Of a DNA stretch of 64,000 nucleotides, positions 57,548 to 64,000 are shown in pieces (positions within the stretch are counted from its first letter, which is position 1; the number at the start of each line of letters is the position of its first letter). The stretch spans positions 1,456 to 65,455 of the forward strand of contig CALRAJ010000003.1 of NCBI GenBank assembly GCA_943350765.1, written 5' to 3'. The translations under genes and the position numbers were made by a program. A model generated the notes under the pieces. That model saw nothing but the letters and a program-made list of their open reading frames with translations. It was not told the origin of the DNA and did no database searches. This stretch comes from Candidatus Tayloriibacteriota bacterium (GTDB taxonomy: Bacteria; Patescibacteriota; Minisyncoccia; Phycocordibacterales; PALSA-1337).

Positions 57548-59245
57548 ATGATTTCAGACCAGATACAAAAGGCAGTACAGAGTGCTGTGGCAGAGCTTGG
57601 TATGCAAGCTGGTGAGGTAGTTCTCGAGCACCCAGGCGAGCTTTCTCGCGGTGACTATGCGACCAATGTGGCGATGGCTCTAGCTAAAAAGGCAGTGGTC
57701 AAGCCAAAGGATCTTGCTGAGAAAATTGCGACAGCTATCCGTGCTCAAAACATCCCAGAAATTGCCAAAGTAGAAGTCGCTGGTCCGGGCTTTATCAACT
57801 TTTACCTCTCACAAACTTTTCTCGTCTCTGAAATAGCTAAAATCGTATCTCTCGGCGGGCAGTACGGTCTCAATAAAACCCTCGCAGGTAAGACGGTGAT
57901 GCTCGAATACACTAGTCCCAATCTTTTCAAACCACTTCATATCGGCAACCTAGTAGGTAATATTCTGGGAGAATCACTATCTCGATTACTTATCGCTAGT
58001 GGAGCCGAAGTCAAAAGAATCAACTACCCTTCTGATATAGGACTGACGGTAGCAAAAGGTGTGTGGGGACTTCAGAAAACGGGCGGTAATCCAAAAGATA
58101 TCAAGGCTCTCGGCGAAGCGTATCGAGTGGGTAACACTGCGTATGACGAAGCTGGTGATGAGAAAAAAGAAATTGAGGTGATCAACAAAGCACTCTACGA
58201 GTATTCAAATCCGACACTGACTACTTTGCGAAAAGATGGTATTGCGACATCGCTTCTGCATCTCGAGATGCTTTGTAAAAAGCTTGGTACAAAGTTCGAT
58301 ACACAGTTTTTCGAAAGTCAGTCTGCTCTGCTCGGTCGAGATATTGTACTTGCTAATATCACTAATGGTATTTTTGAAAAGAGTGACGGTGCTGTCATAT
58401 ACAAGGGCGAGGTAGATGGACTTCATACCCGAGTATTCCTCAACTCTCATGGCCTCCCGACCTACGAAGCAAAGGAGGTGGGACTCTTTAAACTCAAAAG
58501 TGAGGCGTATCCAAACTTCGACATCTCGATAACCGTTACTGGTAATGAGCAACTAGACTTTTTCAGGGTAGTGTTTTCAGCGATTAAAAAAGTATTTAAG
58601 GAGGAGACTAAGGGGAAGGTCTTGCGTCATGTACCAAACGGCTTTTTGACCCTCACGACAGGCAAGATGTCTTCTCGAAAGGGTAATGTGATTACGGGCG
58701 AATCACTCATCGAGACTGTACAGGAAATGGTGCGAGAAAAAGTCAAAGACCGAGGATTTGATGTGTCTACCACAGAAATAGTCGCAGAGTCGGTGGCTAT
58801 TGGTGCGATAAAGTATTCTATTCTTCGTCAGCAGATGGGAAGTAATATTATCTTTGATTTCGAAAAGTCCCTGTCTTTTGAGGGTGATTCTGGTCCATAT
58901 TTGCAATACACGACCGTGCGCGCAAGAACCGTTCTTGCGAAAGCGAAAATAGTAGGACTTGTGCCGTCGACAAAAAATAGTCCAAAGTCGATAGGCGATC
59001 TAGAGCGGGTCATCTATCGTTTTCCTGAGGTGCTGGAGAGAGCAACCCACGACTATGCACCACATCTTCTTGTGACTTTTGCTGTTGAGCTTTCAGCCAC
59101 ATTTAATGCGTTCTATGCCAATCAAACCATTATTGACGGAAAGGATCCTGATTCACTATATCGTCTTGCAATCACCTCGGCGGTAGCGTCAGTACTTGAG
59201 CAGTGCCTCTATGTACTCGCCATTCCTTTGCCCGAGAAGATGTAG
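57548..59245 (+). CDS. argS: arginine--tRNA ligase
   Basis: GDYATN, AGPGFIN, PLHIGN, KMSSRKG, GDSGPYLQY. Confidence 0.96.
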   Translation: MISDQIQKAVQSAVAELGMQAGEVVLEHPGELSRGDYATNVAMALAKKAVVKPKDLAEKIATAIRAQNIPEIAKVEVAGPGFINFYLSQTFLVSEIAKIVSLGGQYGLNKTLAGKTVMLEYTSPNLFKPLHIGNLVGNILGESLSRLLIASGAEVKRINYPSDIGLTVAKGVWGLQKTGGNPKDIKALGEAYRVGNTAYDEAGDEKKEIEVINKALYEYSNPTLTTLRKDGIATSLLHLEMLCKKLGTKFDTQFFESQSALLGRDIVLANITNGIFEKSDGAVIYKGEVDGLHTRVFLNSHGLPTYEAKEVGLFKLKSEAYPNFDISITVTGNEQLDFFRVVFSAIKKVFKEETKGKVLRHVPNGFLTLTTGKMSSRKGNVITGESLIETVQEMVREKVKDRGFDVSTTEIVAESVAIGAIKYSILRQQMGSNIIFDFEKSLSFEGDSGPYLQYTTVRARTVLAKAKIVGLVPSTKNSPKSIGDLERVIYRFPEVLERATHDYAPHLLVTFAVELSATFNAFYANQTIIDGKDPDSLYRLAITSAVASVLEQCLYVLAIPLPEKM

Positions 59246-59304
59246 AGCGAAGCAGTATTACAAGCTGATTGTAAATGGGTATAAAAAATGATACTATCTT
59301 AAGT

Positions 59305-59595
59305 ATGTCAAATAACACACTGTCACTTAGTCTCCCCGTACAAATCATAAAGCAAAACAAGCGTTTTGTGGCATATACTCCTGCACTCGATATTTCTACT
59401 TCAGGAAAAACTGAAAAAGAGGCACAAGCTCGTTTTGTTGAAATGGCGGAAATATTTTTCGAAGAAATTATTGAGGCGGGGACAGCTTCTGATGTACTTT
59501 CTGAACTTGGTTGGAAAATAGCTCAGAAAAAGTGGACTCCACCACAAATAATTTCTTCCCAGCCAGTCGGCTTTTGTATACCAACTTTTGTATAA
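59305..59595 (+). CDS. HicB-like antitoxin
   Basis: FVAYTPALDISTSGKTEKEA RNase H-like fold; upstream of HicA. Confidence 0.75.
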   Translation: MSNNTLSLSLPVQIIKQNKRFVAYTPALDISTSGKTEKEAQARFVEMAEIFFEEIIEAGTASDVLSELGWKIAQKKWTPPQIISSQPVGFCIPTFV

Positions 59596-59596
59596 T

Positions 59597-59824
59597 ATGC
59601 CTCGCATTCAGTCTATCCACTGGCGAGATTTTGAGAAGTTTCTTCTGAATATTGGATGTGAGTTTAAAAGACAGAAAGGCGATCATCGGGTGTATTGGAA
59701 AAAGGGTATCAAAAGACCGGTGGTTATTCCGCAGGATGCCTCCTTGCCCGCGTTCATTATTCTGAATAATTTGCGAGTACTCGGTATATCACGCGAGGAG
59801 TATTTGAAAAGTGTCGAAAAGTAG
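59597..59824 (+). CDS. HicA-family toxin
   Basis: RQKGDHRVY, PVVIP, GISREEY. Confidence 0.85.
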   Translation: MPRIQSIHWRDFEKFLLNIGCEFKRQKGDHRVYWKKGIKRPVVIPQDASLPAFIILNNLRVLGISREEYLKSVEK

Positions 59825-59895
59825 AGAGTGCCAGACATCTTTCAAAACAGTGGGGCAGTGTGCTAGTATGGGAAACGACATCGTGCAATAATATT

Positions 59896-59982
59896 GGAGA
59901 GATGGATGAGTGGCTTAAATCAACGGTTTACTAAACCGTCGTTCCCTAACAGGAACCGTGGGTTCGAATCCCACTCTCTCCG
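59896..59982 (+). tRNA. tRNA-Ser with ACT anticodon
   Basis: Ser body (GGAGAGA acceptor, long variable arm, G73); arm ACGGT-TTACTAA-ACCGT. Confidence 0.88.
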
Positions 59983-60019
59983 CAAACGGCCCAAAAAGAA
60001 AGAAGTTCTTTTTGGGTAG

Positions 60020-60342
60020 CCGTTGCGCGAGAGAGTGGGATTCGAACGCCGGAACTCATAATTTTCAGTAGAAAATTTAGTGAGGCGGTGCCCAGACAAA
60101 TTTTTTCGACGGAAAAAATTTAGTCGCGGGCGAAAAACGTACTCGTGGTCTCGCTCTCTCCGCCTTCGGTCCGCAGTAGCTTGGCTTCGGAGTGACACAG
60201 TCCGCAGAAGATGAGCGAAGGCGGGAAGGGGATTCGAAGCCAGATTGAGTATTTTTTCGATTTTGTAATCAAATGAAGAAAAAATCCAATCGGGGTACTG
60301 AAACTGTAAGTTTCGAAAAGCGTACTCGTGGTCTCGCTCTCT
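60020..60342 (+). repeat. tRNA-Ser(ACT) 3'-end cassettes (body A, then a degenerate second unit)
   Basis: Inverted copy GAGAGAGTGGGATTCGAAC; GGTGCCCAGAC...AGTCGCGGG; direct CTCTCTCCGC; CGTACTCGTGGTCTCGCTCTCT occurs twice. Confidence 0.75.
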
Positions 60343-60450
60343 TTTCGATACTGCCATTGAAACAAAGGTACCTGGTCCATTTATCCACCTAAACAGGTTC
60401 CAACAGCGTACCAAACTACCCGCAAAGTTTTAATGTGATATAATTTCTAT

Positions 60451-60852
60451 ATGGATTTCGAAAGACTATTCGCTGAAGCCTCAAGGATTAATGCTTCAAG
60501 AAAACTATCTTCTACGGCCAACTGCGGTGGTGTAGGCTCCGCTTTAATAACTGCAAAAGGGAAAATATATACAGGAATATGTATTGATACATACTGTGGA
60601 TTAGGATTTTGTGCGGAACATTCTGCGATTGCTGAAATGCTTAAAAATGGAGAATCAGAAATTAAGGAAATACTTGCTGTTAAGGAAAGTTTTGATAATG
60701 CAGTCATATCACCTTGTGGCAGATGTCGAGAACCAATACTACAAATTGATCCAAAAAATAAAAATACGATTGCCTACATCTCTTACGACAAGGCGGTAAA
60801 ACTTTCTGAACTTTTACCCGAACACTGGATGGAGGGATACAAAAAGACTTAA
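60451..60852 (+). CDS. cytidine deaminase family protein
   Basis: CAEHSA, SPCGRCRE. Confidence 0.9.
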   Translation: MDFERLFAEASRINASRKLSSTANCGGVGSALITAKGKIYTGICIDTYCGLGFCAEHSAIAEMLKNGESEIKEILAVKESFDNAVISPCGRCREPILQIDPKNKNTIAYISYDKAVKLSELLPEHWMEGYKKT

Positions 60853-61015
60853 ATATCCTTATTCCGCAAAAAACCAGTTCCAACTGCTTACTAAAATACT
60901 CGCCAAAAACAAGAATTAAACGGACAATGAGGTCAGCCACCACTTGCCCGAACATATTATCAAAAATAATTATGGCTGACCTTATTATCATTATTACAGT
61001 TGATAAACTACTAAA

Positions 61016-61561
61016 ATGAAACCACAATTATTTATTATTACAGGGGTAAATGGTATTGGGAAAAGTTGTATTATTCCTAAACTGAGAGACCATCTCAATT
61101 CTATAAATTTTGTAGTACACGACTTCGATGAGCGCGGAGTTCCTGATAATGCTGATAGTGAGTGGCGAAAATCTGAGATAAAACATTGGTTTACAATTGC
61201 GGAGCAAAATATAAGTAAAAAATTGTCTACGGTTGTGTGTGGTTTTATGAAAATGAGCGATATCAAGCATGCTTTGGAAAATGGCTATAGTATAAAAGTA
61301 AGTGTCTGTGTGCTAGATGCCTCTCCAGAAACTATTTCTAGTAGAATCTTAAGTCGTTATCTCACTCCTGAAAGTCTTATAGAACTTAAGCGTACTACTG
61401 GTAAAACTCCCGAAAAGTTTGTGAGTGATAATGTATGGGTAGCCTCAAAATTCCGTGAAGAAGCAAAAGAAAATGCCTACTACCTACTTGATACAAATGA
61501 ACAAAGGCCAGATAAAGTCGCTACAAGCGTCATCGCATGGATTAATACACAAAATATATGA
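61016..61561 (+). CDS. P-loop kinase-like protein
   Basis: ITGVNGIGKS, HDFDE. Confidence 0.75.
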   Translation: MKPQLFIITGVNGIGKSCIIPKLRDHLNSINFVVHDFDERGVPDNADSEWRKSEIKHWFTIAEQNISKKLSTVVCGFMKMSDIKHALENGYSIKVSVCVLDASPETISSRILSRYLTPESLIELKRTTGKTPEKFVSDNVWVASKFREEAKENAYYLLDTNEQRPDKVATSVIAWINTQNI

Positions 61562-61751
61562 ATACAATGATACAATGAGGTCAGCCACAATTCTTTTTGA
61601 TAATATGTTCGGGGGAACGGTGGCTAACCTTACTAATTTTTCAGTAGAAAATTTAGTAAGGCGCTGCCCAGACCAAAGTTTTTGACGAAAAACTTTGAAT
61701 ATCGGGAGAAATTCTTACTCACTTATCCATAAATAGAATTAACGTAAACCT

Positions 61752-62300
61752 ATGGGAAACAAAGACATTACATTCATAACAGGCAATCAGAAAAAGGCGG
61801 ACTATCTCAATAAGTATCTTGGTTTTCCGGTTAAGCATATAAAACTCGAGCTCGACGAAATACAATCTCTTGATTTGAAAGATATTGTCGAGCACAAAGT
61901 CCGACAGGCGTATGACAAGATTAGAACCCCAGTCATAGTGGAGGATGTTTCTCTGGAATTTGAAGCTTTAAAAGGTCTGCCTGGGCCATTTATACGATTC
62001 TTTGTAGACAGTGTACCTTTTGAGACCATCTGCTCGATGGTTAATGGTAAGACTCGTAGAGCAACAGCAAAGTGTGTTTTTGGTTATTACGATGGAGAGA
62101 CATTAAAACTACTTGAAGGTAGTCTTGGTGGCGAAATTGCAGAAACTCCTATGGGCGAGAATGGTTATGGGTGGGATAAACTCTTTATTCCTGATGGATA
62201 CAAAGTTACTCGAGCACAACTTAGTGAAGAAGATGACCAGAAGACCTATGTGCAGATAAAGCCGTTTGCAGCACTGAAAGAATTTTTAACTTATCGATAA
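61752..62300 (+). CDS. Ham1/ITPase non-canonical NTP pyrophosphatase
   Basis: FITGNQKK, EIQ, VEDVSL, GLPGPFI, YGWDKLF. Confidence 0.9.
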   Translation: MGNKDITFITGNQKKADYLNKYLGFPVKHIKLELDEIQSLDLKDIVEHKVRQAYDKIRTPVIVEDVSLEFEALKGLPGPFIRFFVDSVPFETICSMVNGKTRRATAKCVFGYYDGETLKLLEGSLGGEIAETPMGENGYGWDKLFIPDGYKVTRAQLSEEDDQKTYVQIKPFAALKEFLTYR

Positions 62301-62304
62301 ACCT

Positions 62305-62853
62305 ATGTCCATAAAAATAACCTATTTTGTACACGGCACAACCACAGACAACGAGAAAGAAATTTCATCGGGCTGGTTTGATGTCGAACTTTCTGAAAAG
62401 GGAATAAAACAGGCGATTGATTTAAGGGAAAAAACGAAGGATCAGAAATTTGATGTAGTCTTTTGTTCTGATTTAAAACGCGCGGTGAAGTCGGCGGAAT
62501 TAGCTTGGAACGGGATCTATACAATTATCCCTGACAAAAGACTTCGAGAATGTAATTATGGTAAGCTTAACGCCGCCCCATCTTCAATTGTCGAACCGAT
62601 GCAAGAGGAAGAATGTATTAAGAATAAGTTTCCAGAAGGGGAGAGTTATGAAGATGTAAAAGCTCGCATAGCAGATTTTCTTGAATTTCTAAAAAAGAAC
62701 TATAACGGAAAAAGTGTTGCAATTGTTGCACACAAAGCTCCGCAACTTTCGCTAGATGTTTTGATCAAAGGCAAGACTTGGAAACAAGCCCTTGCGGATG
62801 ATTGGAGAAAAACAAAGTCTTGGAAACCAGGGTGGGAGTATATTTTAGATTAA
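62305..62853 (+). CDS. histidine phosphatase family protein
   Basis: VHG (RHG variant), SDLKRA, LRECNYG, GES, VAH. Confidence 0.88.
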   Translation: MSIKITYFVHGTTTDNEKEISSGWFDVELSEKGIKQAIDLREKTKDQKFDVVFCSDLKRAVKSAELAWNGIYTIIPDKRLRECNYGKLNAAPSSIVEPMQEEECIKNKFPEGESYEDVKARIADFLEFLKKNYNGKSVAIVAHKAPQLSLDVLIKGKTWKQALADDWRKTKSWKPGWEYILD

Positions 62854-63096
62854 ACTATTTGATAATGACATCAGGTCACCCTCCATCTCGGCGGGTACTG
62901 CTTCTGTTCCCTTTAACCTAACTTTGTATCAAGGGTACATCCTATATTCCTCTATACTTATGACCCTGATAATTTCCATCGGCTAAACCCTGTGTTTAGC
63001 CGATGAGAATGGCTCAACAGAGCCGTTTTAAAAAATGGTGAAAAATGGGGAATTTGCTAAAATAGACATGTAAACATGGGAGGAAAAATGCTTTGG

Positions 63097-63984
63097 TTAC
63101 CCCCGATACACCTTCTCCAGCTTCTCAATATCAAACTTTTTCATCTGCATAAAAGCCTCAGTCACTCGAGCAATCTGCTCTGGACTCCCTCCGCTGAGCA
63201 TGCTCTCCATACGGCTCGGCACAATCTGCCACGGGAAACCAAACTTATCGTTGAGCCATCCGCATTGGACCTCTTTTCCTCCCTCGGTCAATTTATCCCA
63301 ATAATAGTCCACTTCTTCCTGCGTGTCGCAACTCACAATAAAAGAAACCGCTTGCTCAAAAGAGAGGGGACTCGGTCTGCCACTGTCCATGAGCGCCATG
63401 TAGCAGTTTTCTATAGTAAAGCCTGCGTGTTTTATGGTCGCCTTTGCCTCAATTTTGTGGATGTCCTCGGGGCCATACTTCATCAAGTAATTTATTTTTG
63501 AATTGTGGAAAACATTCGTATAAAAATTAACCGCTTCTTCTGCTCGCCCACACACCGTGCCTGCAAACATTAGGGTAGGGGTAACTTTTTGTGGTGACTT
63601 CATTTGCGTTGAAAACATGATTTGCCATGAGACTCCGTGCTGATCCTGTGCCCAGCCGAATTTTTCTGCAAAAGGATACGCAGAAAGTTCCATTAGTATT
63701 TTTCCAGTTGCAGAAAGTTTGGTCCAGAGAGTGTCGACTTCGGCGATAGAGTCGCACGATATAATAAACGACACAGTAGGATTGAAGGGTAGATACGGAC
63801 CAGCAGTCATAAAATTGAAATCAAGCCCAAAAATCTCCATAGTCGCCGTCGATACATGTCCTGACGGTGTACCATCGAGACCACCAGAGCTTTTTATTTT
63901 TGACCCAGGAAATACTGACAGATAGAAGTCAGTAATCTTTTTCATATCTTTTTCAAACCACAAAAACGGTGTTATTTTTTGCAT
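63097..63984 (-). CDS. tandem VOC/PhnB-like protein
   Basis: KITPFLWF; two repeats each ending GW.(Q/N)D..G..WQI. Confidence 0.9.
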   Translation of the reverse strand: MQKITPFLWFEKDMKKITDFYLSVFPGSKIKSSGGLDGTPSGHVSTATMEIFGLDFNFMTAGPYLPFNPTVSFIISCDSIAEVDTLWTKLSATGKILMELSAYPFAEKFGWAQDQHGVSWQIMFSTQMKSPQKVTPTLMFAGTVCGRAEEAVNFYTNVFHNSKINYLMKYGPEDIHKIEAKATIKHAGFTIENCYMALMDSGRPSPLSFEQAVSFIVSCDTQEEVDYYWDKLTEGGKEVQCGWLNDKFGFPWQIVPSRMESMLSGGSPEQIARVTEAFMQMKKFDIEKLEKVYRG

Positions 63985-64000
63985 AATTTTATGCTACTTA

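Noticed and set aside
5316-60342. tRNA 3' copies as prophage or ICE attR sites
   Set aside because: No integrase in the window; copies lie within ~100-350 nt of the tRNA and include inverted copies
63076-63501. 141-aa plus-strand ORF
   Set aside because: Antisense to the well-supported VOC gene; no recognisable motifs
1-64000. CRISPR array or rRNA genes
   Set aside because: No regularly spaced identical repeats with unique spacers, no cas genes and no rRNA-like sequence seen

Overview
Bacterial chromosome segment, most likely Patescibacteria/CPR (Parcubacteria-like). This is inferred from the compact housekeeping set, rplK with no rplA behind it, a pilMNO cluster and many -10 boxes 6-7 nt before the ATG. 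It carries polA, holA-like, mutM, ruvA, rpsT, ruvX, rplS, rlmH, folD, secE-nusG-rplK, folA/dcd/thyA/glyA, argS, an ABC exporter, an ECF/two-component/sortase F cluster, a HicBA pair and 8 tRNAs. Main points: (1) A diversity-generating retroelement (DGR) at ~35.9-39.3 kb. Its 107-nt VR and TR differ at 17 positions, 15 of them TR adenines. avd lies antisense and head-to-head with the RT across a G10 tract that holds the likely avd start out of frame. The target gene is split by a truncated IS256-variant transposase flanked by a 9-bp direct repeat. (2) Seven of the 8 tRNAs are followed by a cassette made of an inverted copy of that tRNA's own 3' end, a body shared between different tRNAs, and a direct copy of the 3' end. 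I do not recognise this as a described element. (3) Unusual anticodons: Ser-ACT and Arg-GCG. (4) Several palindromic/MITE-like and heptamer repeat families, some inserted in frame in housekeeping genes. All calls come from reading the sequence by eye; no database searches were run, and homopolymer frameshifts could be assembly errors.
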